Below, in pieces: positions 47,502 to 57,233 of a DNA stretch of 64,000 nucleotides. Source of the DNA: a virus; IMG/VR virus record IMGVR_UViG_3300046820_002568, positions 32,001 through 96,000 of that record; one strand, given 5' to 3'. The stretch's first letter is position 1; the number at the start of each line of letters is the position of its first letter. Under the pieces are notes generated by a model that had not been told where the DNA came from, did not search any database, and saw nothing but the letters and a program-made list of their open reading frames with translations. Both the position numbers and the translations under genes were made by a program.

Positions 47502-50500
47502 ATACTATATTTGTATCAACATATTTCTGTATAAATAGGTCCATTGCTGTTCCTCCTTGAACTAATCCAAAATAAAAATGGAATGGAGCCCCAAAAGTAT
47601 ACCTATTATTAGTGCTTTGTGGAGCCTGAAAGGTCGGTACTCTTATCGGATATCCATTAGAATCAACTACCGGATTTCCGTTAGAATCTAATAGAATTTC
47701 AAAATTAATGAGGTAACCTTTATAATAAAAAGTATCATTTCCATCAGGTCTAAAATATTCAGAACTAGGGTTTAACCTATCTAAAGTTTGATATCTATGA
47801 TTAAAGAACCCATTAGGGAATGTTGAGCTATTTGTATACTCATTGGAGTCAAATTCTGTGATGAAATTGTTTGACTGATATCCAAATACACTTTCCTCTT
47901 CGGCTCTATCGTGGAAAACATTCCACTGATAAAAAGGTACAACCTGACTTTTAGTACCAATGTCTGTAAAGTCAGAATCGACTATTGCTCCAAATTCAGC
48001 ATGTTCATCCCATATTGTTCTTCTTGGAGTTATATAATCCCTTAATTGATTATCTCCACTCATGTATATGGCGAATACTGGTTTGTTAGAGCGAGTTATT
48101 CTTTGGACTCCTCCTCGGCTAAATCCTAAAATAAACGGTTGTCCAGGTATGCCCTCATCCCTACCAAAAAATATGTCATTATTTGTGTAAGTTTCGGGAG
48201 AATATTCATTAACTCCAAACTCAGAATTTATAGATATCATCTGAGCATAATCAGCATCGATTAATCCAGGTAATAGGTTTAACGCATATACTTCTCCATT
48301 TTTCCATCTTGTGTTTGAGAACATAGCTCCAATAGATGGGTCATCAGAACCCTCCTCATTACCTCCCTCATCTACAGGTAATGGTATTAATAACTGTAAA
48401 AAGCTAGCATCTATAAGACGACTTAATACAAAAAGATTCAATAAGTCAGTTGTATCTTGATAGGTTGTACTAGGTATTCTATCCACAATATATCCATCAT
48501 ATTCGTCAGAATATACTAGTTCTTGTATGAAAGAATTTTTTGGACCCATATCCATAATAGTGGTTGGGTATAGTAAATTTCTTTTATTTCCTCTATCATC
48601 ATTTTCTGACATGGGTCTTCCAACAAAATCACTACCATTCCATGGACTACTTCGATAATAATAATTGTTCAAAGGATTATGGAAGTATATTACATCCCTA
48701 CAAAATCTTCTAATTGGTTGATTTTGGTCATCAAATATTGTTTGATTTTGAAAAGGGAATGCATATAGTGTTCCGTTTATCCAATTATTTGAAAAGGTGT
48801 GAGAAAAAATTTCAAAACATTGAGCAAAAGTTAATTTTAATCTTTGAATCCACTCGACTACCGAAGCAATGTCCCAATAAAATTTACCATCTGGGTCATC
48901 AGGTATTGGGTGAGGGAATAGCGATGCCAGTGGTTTTGATACAAAATTATAACATCCTCTAGTTCTTTTAAACCAAATCCAATCAGCCCCAAGATTAGCA
49001 TCTTGTCTACTGTATCCTCTACCTCCCTCATCATAAATCATAGGATTGTTCTCAGAATCAGTATAGTAACTATTTAGGTCAACTGCGTAATAACACTCAC
49101 TTAAAGACCTAGCAACATTTGCAATTGGACTATCCTCACCTCCAGGTAAATCACTATAAGTCGTATCACTAATAGGAGGTGTTTCGATATCACCACCACC
49201 TAATTGTGTTACATTACATTCCTTGTCAATTCTATAGATTGAAAATCCGTTGTTTTGATGTAACAAATATCCATTTCCATTATTGTCAGTTTGCGTCGTA
49301 TCTGAGCTAGGTAATCTATCAGTTCTAAATACATTTCTTACTCTATTATTTATTTCAATTGTATGATTTGGATTTACATACCAATATCTTCTAGCATCTT
49401 CAATCGAATCAAAGAACTGTTGGAATCCTGGAGATGGGTCAACATTTTCAGGGAATGTTGCGTAACATGGGGAAATGTAACCAATATTAAATCCAGGTTC
49501 AATATATCTTCTATAACTTCTAGTACACCCATTACTACAAGCACCACCCCCACCATTCCATTGTGGGTCATTAGAACTACCAAACCATCCTTGTCCAGCC
49601 GGGTCATTATACACACAGTCAATATTACTACCAAATAAAGTCTGACCATAATCCCTACTTGCATCAATCTCACTTCCCATTGCGGAACCTCCTTCAACAT
49701 ATTCTTGACCCCAATAAGAACCAACTTCATTTACACTATGAGCCGCATAATAATCATGATAAACATGAAGTCTTGTTCTAAGTTCAACCCTATATCTACA
49801 ACATCCGGCACAACCTGTATCATTATCATCACAAGCACACGAATTTCCCTCGGTTGAGACTGTAACTGATGGTTCATTACCGCAGGTAAGTTGCATGTTA
49901 CTACCATGAGTATCACTATAAGCACATGGTATTCTAAATCCATCACTACCTCCAGCCGCCGCTGCTGGAACTATAGGAAGTAAAACTTGTGTAAACAAAT
50001 TTCTGAAGCCTCCTTGGTCTTGACTTTTAATACCTATAGGATTTGCAAAACTTTCAGATTGTAATATAAAAGAATCTAAATTTCCAACAGTATATGTTTT
50101 CCATCTATGACCTTCTTCTGAAGAAAAATACAAGGTATCTTCGTCAAGCGCCGAATAATATGTTGGCATTGTAGTAGTAAATCCAGTGAATTGGTTGGCA
50201 TCGTAAGTAAAAAATTGACTAGGAAAAAATATAGTGCCTCTACTTGATAAATCCGAATTATTTTGGATTTCATTGTGTTTAGGTAATTTCAAACCAAAAG
50301 TATTATCATCTGTCCAGCCTAATGTATCAGCATAGTAAGTAATATCTTGTAGCGTAAAATCTCTAACTTGTAATTGATATTCGTGATTCTCGGTTAAATT
50401 TAAATTAAAAAACTCAGAATAGTTTGAGGTATTAGTATTTAAACTGGTAGTTTCTGATAAAATATATACTCCATCTGTAAGGTCTCTTATAAAAATACCT

Positions 50501-53500
50501 AATCCATTAGGATTATTGACATTTCCGCTATATTTCAAAACTATTCGAATTCTAAATATCCCAGTTAGTGGCGCGGTTAAAATTCCACCATTAAAAATAT
50601 CATTATTATCGGGTAATATACTAGGTGATTCCTCCAAAGGTCCCAAAGGAATTACTCCAGAAGGTAGTGTTATGTTTGACGACAATAATGCTAAAAATTG
50701 ATATTCAGGATTGATAATCGGCTGACCATTAAGAGCAATTGCTGTGACTTGTCCAATCATTGCCCATCCACTAGAATTATTGGCGTTAAATCCTACTTGT
50801 ATATCACCTCCAGGTAATATTGGTTGATTTGGTTTAAATCTTCCTTGTACAATACACTCGCCGGTAATATCATAAGAAGCTCCAAGTGGTAATCCTAAAT
50901 CAAGTGTCGGAGGTGAAGAATATACATTACTTACTCCAAAATATCTTCTTAAATCATATCTTATTTCAATATCTGGGGCATTTGGGTCAACTCCTCTTTG
51001 TAGAAAAATAATTCTTAGATTTGGGTCTGGTCTATCTTCAAATGGAATTGGTTCAACATCAGGACTTGGGGTAAATGACCTAACCATATCATAATTTCCA
51101 ACAGGGTGAGTTGTTGTACTAAAACAAGCATCAAAACAAGTTTGTTCATTTTGATTAACTTGATAATGTCTAAATACTCCCATTCCATTTCCAAAAGTTG
51201 GGGTCCCATTAGTATAGGTATAACTATCTTTATATCCCGCAGTATCTGACCTTAAAAATCTCCAAGGTAATGAAAACCTTCTATCACTAGTTGAGGTTGG
51301 GGGTGCTGTATTTGTATAATATCTAAAATCTTGATAAGATATTTCTTTAATTACTTGAAAATATTCAATGTCCATTGGATAGCAGGATGTTACACTTTCT
51401 CCCTCTGATGATTGTAATTGATTAACAACTACTCCATTTGGTCCTATTCCTACAACTCCTGAATTATTAGAATAAGCATCAGACATATCATATATTGTAG
51501 TTTTTAAAGGTATGTCAGGTTGAGCAGTATTTGGATTTGCGTATCTAACAATAGCTGAACTAGGGTAAGATTTGAATCCTCTAGAGACATTCACATTTGG
51601 GTCAAGTGAGTCATTAGGATTTTGAAATGTTAAAATGTCGCCTCTTGTGAATCCTGTATTATCAACTAACAATACTATTAAATTATCAAAGTGAAAAGTA
51701 GTGTCAGGGTCATTAGCATCAGGATTCCAAGTTACCTTTACTTGATTCCATCCAGTATTTCCAGGACTTAAACTACCGCCGATTCTATTTTCAAGACTTT
51801 CTGACCCTTGATTTTCAGTCAAATTGTCAAAATATTTTGCTTTAGTGTTGAATAAATTCATCCTTTCGGGAAAAGTTAATTGTGGTGAAAATATTGTTGT
51901 ATTAACACCATTAATATTTCCTCTCCAAACAGGAAGTTTCCTTGTTCTGTAGTCGTTAGCACCATTACCTGCCAACATCACCCCAACAGCATCTGCATAC
52001 TGTAAATCATTGTTTATATAATATGGTTGATAAGAACTATACGCATTTCCATTTGTTGCAACATTGTAAGAAGAAATTAAAGCAACATCTGCCAAATAAG
52101 ATACATTTACAGAATCAATTTGTTGTTGATTTTGTACTAATTCATATAATGTCTGATTATTTGCCTCATCTAATTCTTGGTCCTCAACCTTACATCTACA
52201 CCTTTCGCAACCGTCTTCAGTATATAGAAATAATGGGACTGCAATATTTTTAAAAGGATTTTGTAATAATTCACCTAGTGGTCGAGGTTCATTACATGGT
52301 TTATCCCTTAGATTTATTCTATCGAGTAACCTACATATACCATATACTAATTGTTGTATACCCCAAACTAAAATAAGAAGAGTTGCAATTACGGGCCAAA
52401 GAAATGCCAAGACATGAAGAAATATAACAATCATGGTCATAACAGGCTTAAAAAGTGTTAATATGAAATTAATCGCAATGAAAAGAAAATCATATCGATA
52501 ATAAACATCATTAGTTGGAAATGTATTAAATTGACCTTCACACTTATTATCTGTGACATGTTTAATTTGAATTGATTTTTGTGGAAAATACCTATTTGAA
52601 TATCTGTCAATTAATTGTGACACAGTGTATACCTTATTATACTGAAATTCATAAAATCTATCTTCACAATTAACAGCTTCTTGTATCATATCGGGTGTCC
52701 CGTAGTCTGACCAGCTAACACTAAAAGCATATGAACTTTGCATTCTAAATTCAGACTCTTCTAAAACTTGGACAATGAATTCACCATCCAGTAATGGGTC
52801 AACCAAAGTATATCTTATAGCAACAACACTTGATTGTAGAAGGTTCATTGGAATGGTATCCTTCATATCCGGTCTTTCAACTCCGTCCACTAATACTATA
52901 TAAGATGAAATATTAATAGAATCTTGGAAATTATAATAAGAACCATTTGTTGGTAATATGTAATCAAATGGTCCAGCACTTGGTGGTTCATTATTTGCCG
53001 GAGTAACATGAGGTAAAGTAAAAGATTGAGTAGTGAAAAAAGAATAATTTGGGTCAGTATTATTTACCCATCCTTGCTCTTTAATATTTGGTACTAAAAA
53101 ATACCCACGCCTATTTTCTTCTCTAAGTGATGGTGATTGTTGCCATTTAATCTTAAACCTATATCTAGCTCTTATTGGTACACCAACACTACCATCAGGA
53201 GATATTTGTCTAATACCATTTTCATCTGTATAAACATAGTCCAAGTTCATTGGCAACTCTACCATCCAAGCCCCATTTTCGTCAATTAATTTTCCGTCAT
53301 TTTGAAGTCTGTATTGTTCTAAAACAGGGAGCCCTTGGTCGTCGCTAAAAACCGTATGTCTTATGGTCTCAATTTGACCAGGCCCCGATATCATATCGCA
53401 AAGCCATCCTTGTTTAGAAGGTACTCGACATCTTCTTTTTAACTTTTTTCTATCTTTGGCAGAAATTAATGAACCAATAAAAACTGATGTTGGTATAATT

Positions 53501-54246
53501 TCAACATTTGCCTCTGAAGTAATGTCAAAATCCGCTCTTGTGATATAATGTTGACAAATTCCATCTTGTCCATAAAATGGTGCAATTTGTATTACCTTTT
53601 TTAAAGTAACAATTTGAGGTAACTCACTATAATTTTCCGAGAATTTAAATTTAACACCGTTAACTTGATTTTCAGTTGCCAGTCCCATTCTTATCAAATC
53701 TTGGGGAGTTAGTGAAAATTCACCTATGTCTGAAAGGTCGACTTGCATAAACAAATCATATTCACCAATCGGAATTCCAAAAATCATATAATCACCAGCA
53801 TCATTTGTTTTTGCGGTAAACTTGTAATACTTATCGTAGACTTCAATTACATTTTTATTAGTAAGAGCATCTAATCTGTCAGGAAAAGTTCCAACAGGAA
53901 CATGCCCTGAATGTGAGGGTGAATATGGTAATAGATTATATTTATACCCATCTTCATTAAAGTCATCAAAGCTCTTATAAGGATATAGAGTAGAGATAAC
54001 AGGATTACTTTCATCTACTTGGTCTATTGGGATAAAAATTGAAACTCTGGCGTTAACTAACCCTAATCCTTTATTTGCAAATACTCTTCCGCACACAACT
54101 CCAAAGTCCGCACAGTTCCTAGTATAAACATCATTAGGAAACAATGCCATTGATAGTACTTCTAATGTATCGTAATCTTGGTCTAAATTTACTTGTAAAA
54201 CTTTGTCAACACCTACTTGTGTCCGTATTCTATAAGAATTGGGCAT
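47494..54246 (-). CDS. Giant baseplate-associated protein with N-terminal prealbumin/carboxypeptidase-regulatory-like domain and an internal hydrophobic hairpin
   Basis: 2250 aa; GVVCGRV...NARVSIF...TNDAGDYMIFGIPIGEY; hydrophobic stretch of about 50 aa; directly follows the gp6-like gene. Confidence 0.65.
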   Translation of the reverse strand: MPNSYRIRTQVGVDKVLQVNLDQDYDTLEVLSMALFPNDVYTRNCADFGVVCGRVFANKGLGLVNARVSIFIPIDQVDESNPVISTLYPYKSFDDFNEDGYKYNLLPYSPSHSGHVPVGTFPDRLDALTNKNVIEVYDKYYKFTAKTNDAGDYMIFGIPIGEYDLFMQVDLSDIGEFSLTPQDLIRMGLATENQVNGVKFKFSENYSELPQIVTLKKVIQIAPFYGQDGICQHYITRADFDITSEANVEIIPTSVFIGSLISAKDRKKLKRRCRVPSKQGWLCDMISGPGQIETIRHTVFSDDQGLPVLEQYRLQNDGKLIDENGAWMVELPMNLDYVYTDENGIRQISPDGSVGVPIRARYRFKIKWQQSPSLREENRRGYFLVPNIKEQGWVNNTDPNYSFFTTQSFTLPHVTPANNEPPSAGPFDYILPTNGSYYNFQDSINISSYIVLVDGVERPDMKDTIPMNLLQSSVVAIRYTLVDPLLDGEFIVQVLEESEFRMQSSYAFSVSWSDYGTPDMIQEAVNCEDRFYEFQYNKVYTVSQLIDRYSNRYFPQKSIQIKHVTDNKCEGQFNTFPTNDVYYRYDFLFIAINFILTLFKPVMTMIVIFLHVLAFLWPVIATLLILVWGIQQLVYGICRLLDRINLRDKPCNEPRPLGELLQNPFKNIAVPLFLYTEDGCERCRCKVEDQELDEANNQTLYELVQNQQQIDSVNVSYLADVALISSYNVATNGNAYSSYQPYYINNDLQYADAVGVMLAGNGANDYRTRKLPVWRGNINGVNTTIFSPQLTFPERMNLFNTKAKYFDNLTENQGSESLENRIGGSLSPGNTGWNQVKVTWNPDANDPDTTFHFDNLIVLLVDNTGFTRGDILTFQNPNDSLDPNVNVSRGFKSYPSSAIVRYANPNTAQPDIPLKTTIYDMSDAYSNNSGVVGIGPNGVVVNQLQSSEGESVTSCYPMDIEYFQVIKEISYQDFRYYTNTAPPTSTSDRRFSLPWRFLRSDTAGYKDSYTYTNGTPTFGNGMGVFRHYQVNQNEQTCFDACFSTTTHPVGNYDMVRSFTPSPDVEPIPFEDRPDPNLRIIFLQRGVDPNAPDIEIRYDLRRYFGVSNVYSSPPTLDLGLPLGASYDITGECIVQGRFKPNQPILPGGDIQVGFNANNSSGWAMIGQVTAIALNGQPIINPEYQFLALLSSNITLPSGVIPLGPLEESPSILPDNNDIFNGGILTAPLTGIFRIRIVLKYSGNVNNPNGLGIFIRDLTDGVYILSETTSLNTNTSNYSEFFNLNLTENHEYQLQVRDFTLQDITYYADTLGWTDDNTFGLKLPKHNEIQNNSDLSSRGTIFFPSQFFTYDANQFTGFTTTMPTYYSALDEDTLYFSSEEGHRWKTYTVGNLDSFILQSESFANPIGIKSQDQGGFRNLFTQVLLPIVPAAAAGGSDGFRIPCAYSDTHGSNMQLTCGNEPSVTVSTEGNSCACDDNDTGCAGCCRYRVELRTRLHVYHDYYAAHSVNEVGSYWGQEYVEGGSAMGSEIDASRDYGQTLFGSNIDCVYNDPAGQGWFGSSNDPQWNGGGGACSNGCTRSYRRYIEPGFNIGYISPCYATFPENVDPSPGFQQFFDSIEDARRYWYVNPNHTIEINNRVRNVFRTDRLPSSDTTQTDNNGNGYLLHQNNGFSIYRIDKECNVTQLGGGDIETPPISDTTYSDLPGGEDSPIANVARSLSECYYAVDLNSYYTDSENNPMIYDEGGRGYSRQDANLGADWIWFKRTRGCYNFVSKPLASLFPHPIPDDPDGKFYWDIASVVEWIQRLKLTFAQCFEIFSHTFSNNWINGTLYAFPFQNQTIFDDQNQPIRRFCRDVIYFHNPLNNYYYRSSPWNGSDFVGRPMSENDDRGNKRNLLYPTTIMDMGPKNSFIQELVYSDEYDGYIVDRIPSTTYQDTTDLLNLFVLSRLIDASFLQLLIPLPVDEGGNEEGSDDPSIGAMFSNTRWKNGEVYALNLLPGLIDADYAQMISINSEFGVNEYSPETYTNNDIFFGRDEGIPGQPFILGFSRGGVQRITRSNKPVFAIYMSGDNQLRDYITPRRTIWDEHAEFGAIVDSDFTDIGTKSQVVPFYQWNVFHDRAEEESVFGYQSNNFITEFDSNEYTNSSTFPNGFFNHRYQTLDRLNPSSEYFRPDGNDTFYYKGYLINFEILLDSNGNPVVDSNGYPIRVPTFQAPQSTNNRYTFGAPFHFYFGLVQGGTAMDLFIQKYVDTNIVYE

Positions 54247-54259
54247 AACTATTTTTTTT

Positions 54260-54266
54260 ATAAATA
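54260..54266 (-). promoter_or_regulatory. TATTTAT motif (putative late promoter)
   Basis: 13 nt before ATG 54246. Confidence 0.5.
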
Positions 54267-54303
54267 GTGTAAGTAAAATTTTAAAAAAATAAATGAAAGA
54301 CCA

Positions 54304-56142
54304 CTAAGAGAAGTTAACCGTTGACAGGTTTTTAACTCTTATTCTAATGTCTTGCCCAGGGAATCTAACTTGATATATTTGAGTCGGTTCGGCAAAAATT
54401 GTATCATCAATTAATTCAATTTGTCTAGTTGCTGAATCTATATACCTTTGTGATGTTTCACTTGATGAATACTGTCCTCCAACATTATTGAATACTGATA
54501 TATCAGATATTGCAATTACCCCGTTTTCGGATTGGATTATTCTTCTTATATCTGAGATGTTAACATTTTGTCCCATCTCCCTATTAACTGGACTCATAAA
54601 ATTTTCAACTAAAACAATTACATTTGAAATTACAACTCCTTGATTTTGCGTTGCATCTAAAACCAATGAAATATCAAAAGTTAAATCAATCACATTTGCC
54701 GAGGTAACAAATATATAATCATTTATCATTCTGTAATTTGACAAATAATTTGCAATATTGTTTTTTAAAGTATCCGATATTACAGGAATTAATTTACCGT
54801 TAGTGTCGTAAGAAAGTACACTTATTTTTATTTTATTGTCTTCCTCAGATATTGCAACTTTTGCAGGTGCCCCAAAATTAGATGGCATTTTACGAAGTAA
54901 TGCCTCATAGTCATTAATGGTCACCGCTCTATTTTGAGCAGAAAAATTAAAAGTAGTATAATTTCTAACCTCCTCAGTTGTTGGTATATTAGCACCTCCA
55001 ATTGCCGCAGTAACATTTAGACACGAAAGTGAATTAATTACTGCGGTATTAATATTACTTAATGGTCCGGTCACAACGAAATTAACTGTTCCAATACTTT
55101 TAATAATTCCCACACCTAAATTACTTCCAAGACCTCCACCAATTCTATACTGAACGAATAAAGTTGAGTTTGGTTTTAAGACTGAACCAAGAGAAAAATT
55201 ATTCTGATACTTTGCCAAATCTAACGGTGTTCCATTTCTTGCAAATTCTCTTAATAATTCGTCAGTAGATGTATTACCACCTCCAAATGTCATTTTTAAA
55301 AATCCTTCAGGAGTAAATTCAGTAATAAATCTTGTATTTGTTTGCAAATATTTACCAACTTTGATACCGGGAGTGTCAGATGGTTTTGTTGGGTCCTCTA
55401 TAAAAATTCTATCTTCGGCAAGAGCTTGGACTTCATACCATCTATTGTTAGTCCCCAAAAATTCTTGTACTGATGGAACATTTGTGTAATTAGTTCCATC
55501 TTTTAAAAGTACACTTGTGACTCCTAATACATTCTTCTCAGGTAAAAATATCTCATAGAAAGGTCTGGATTCCGCATCAGTTATTGTTTTTCTAAATACT
55601 TTTGTTATTCCATTAACAACAGCCTCTCTTTTAACAATCGTATAACTTACAAGTTGGTTATTTGCATCAAAATTTGGAATTTTTTTCTTGTTTGGGTATC
55701 CTTCAGCACTGTAATCTGACGCAAAATCAATATCATTTATAAGTTCAAATATTTGACCAGCCCCTTGTACCTGACTACCTCTTCTTAATATACCACAATA
55801 TCTTATATCTTCTTTATCCCCAAGAACTGGTACTACAATTGAGAATTCACATAATGCAACCGATGGTCTTTGCCCAGGAATTTTTAATCCGTAAGTTCTC
55901 GCAATATTAAAAACTGACGACCTTTGTTGCGCATATTGTAAAACTGTTTCTTGTAAACTTCTGTCAATATGATAGTGTAAATTATCAGTAACAGCTGCGT
56001 TCAAATCCATAAAAACACTGAATATTGCTGCGTCATTAAAATTTGCAACAAGCTCTGGATAATAGGTTTTTGTAAAATTTATAAGTTCAGCTCTTATACT
56101 TTGAAAATCCCTTGTAGTATATGAAATTTGTTTGTTTGCCAT
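54304..56142 (-). CDS. Baseplate wedge protein (T4 gp6 / baseplate J-like)
   Basis: RDFQSIRAELINF, AQQRSSVFNIARTYG, YRIGGG..SN and AQNRAVTINDY motifs. Confidence 0.88.
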   Translation of the reverse strand: MANKQISYTTRDFQSIRAELINFTKTYYPELVANFNDAAIFSVFMDLNAAVTDNLHYHIDRSLQETVLQYAQQRSSVFNIARTYGLKIPGQRPSVALCEFSIVVPVLGDKEDIRYCGILRRGSQVQGAGQIFELINDIDFASDYSAEGYPNKKKIPNFDANNQLVSYTIVKREAVVNGITKVFRKTITDAESRPFYEIFLPEKNVLGVTSVLLKDGTNYTNVPSVQEFLGTNNRWYEVQALAEDRIFIEDPTKPSDTPGIKVGKYLQTNTRFITEFTPEGFLKMTFGGGNTSTDELLREFARNGTPLDLAKYQNNFSLGSVLKPNSTLFVQYRIGGGLGSNLGVGIIKSIGTVNFVVTGPLSNINTAVINSLSCLNVTAAIGGANIPTTEEVRNYTTFNFSAQNRAVTINDYEALLRKMPSNFGAPAKVAISEEDNKIKISVLSYDTNGKLIPVISDTLKNNIANYLSNYRMINDYIFVTSANVIDLTFDISLVLDATQNQGVVISNVIVLVENFMSPVNREMGQNVNISDIRRIIQSENGVIAISDISVFNNVGGQYSSSETSQRYIDSATRQIELIDDTIFAEPTQIYQVRFPGQDIRIRVKNLSTVNFS

Positions 56143-56145
56143 TTC

Positions 56146-56589
56146 TTATAAATTAATAATTATAAAATCACTAGAATTAAATACATTATTTGTTACAGTA
56201 TAATCAATTCTAACTTTTGCAGTATACTCAACGGATGTCCTCCCTGGCATATCGAAAGTTTTTATTCCTTCCGTACCGCCAATTTCGTCATCAGTTGCTG
56301 GATATACAGCAATGTTATTTATTTGCAAATTGGGAATGTATGTTTGGACAGAATCTCTAATTTCCGCTTCAATTTGATTAAATGTTGGCCCGTCCAAAGG
56401 TTCAAAGATATATTCATATAGTCTTGTTCCAAAATCAGGTAAAAAATATCTAGTCCCTTTTCTCGTTAAAAGCAAATGAATCAAAGAACTTCTTATTTCC
56501 TCATCTTCAAAATCTGTAAGGTCTAAATACTTTCCATCAAATGAATCCCTAAATGGAAATGTTATACCATATGTTTTTCCGTTTGCCAT
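56146..56589 (-). CDS. Baseplate wedge protein, gp25/gpW-like
   Basis: IRSSLIHLLLTRKGTRYFLPDFGTRLYEYIFEP signature. Confidence 0.92.
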   Translation of the reverse strand: MANGKTYGITFPFRDSFDGKYLDLTDFEDEEIRSSLIHLLLTRKGTRYFLPDFGTRLYEYIFEPLDGPTFNQIEAEIRDSVQTYIPNLQINNIAVYPATDDEIGGTEGIKTFDMPGRTSVEYTAKVRIDYTVTNNVFNSSDFIIINL

Positions 56590-56594
56590 ATCAT

Positions 56595-56601
56595 ATAAAT
56601 A
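56595..56601 (-). promoter_or_regulatory. TATTTAT motif at the head of the baseplate operon
   Basis: 5 nt before ATG 56589. Confidence 0.6.
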
Positions 56602-56609
56602 TAGAAATA

Positions 56610-57230
56610 TTAAATTTCATCTATATTATAATAATAAGAATTGGAATCTTCTGAAACCCATCTATCAGAGCTAGTTTCAACTGATGGTAAATCATCGTCA
56701 ACTTTTATTTTACTTCTCTCGAGCGGAAACTCAATTGTAACCCAATTTGAGTCCTTCCAAAATATTCTATTATTAGGCTGACATAATAAGTAACCATCAT
56801 CAGCTACTAATATGTGACCGCATTTATAATCAGACGGTTCATCAGAATATGGATTATTAAACCAATCGATTGTCATAAGATAAGTTGCCCATACTTTGGT
56901 TTTATCTTTTAAAACAATCTCACATCTTTTTCCTTTTAAAAATTCAAATTTTGTAACTGAATGTTCTTCACCAAAACAATCCCATAATTGTTTAAAATGA
57001 AATGGAATATCTTTGTTTGGTACCTTAAAAAATATTTCAGATATTGGAACTCTTGACCTTAACATTCCATAATCAGTCATTATATGGAATGTTAAGATTT
57101 TACCAGAAACAGACTGTATTCCAAATACATAAGCGTTATGGAATTTATTATTGTCTTCTTCTTTTTTAGTAAAGTGGGATAGTCTCACTAAACATTTGAA
57201 ACTATCTACACTTGTGTTTAATGTTGCCAT
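56610..57230 (-). CDS. Hypothetical phage protein
   Basis: 206 aa; QLWDCF, TIDW, KCGH and QPNNRI motifs resemble a recurrent uncharacterised phage family (recalled, not searched). Confidence 0.75.
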   Translation of the reverse strand: MATLNTSVDSFKCLVRLSHFTKKEEDNNKFHNAYVFGIQSVSGKILTFHIMTDYGMLRSRVPISEIFFKVPNKDIPFHFKQLWDCFGEEHSVTKFEFLKGKRCEIVLKDKTKVWATYLMTIDWFNNPYSDEPSDYKCGHILVADDGYLLCQPNNRIFWKDSNWVTIEFPLERSKIKVDDDLPSVETSSDRWVSEDSNSYYYNIDEI

Positions 57231-57233
57231 TTT

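Noticed and set aside
14556-56589. Bacterial contractile injection system (eCIS/T6SS) locus
   Set aside because: Embedded among phage replication genes, with no cellular housekeeping genes.
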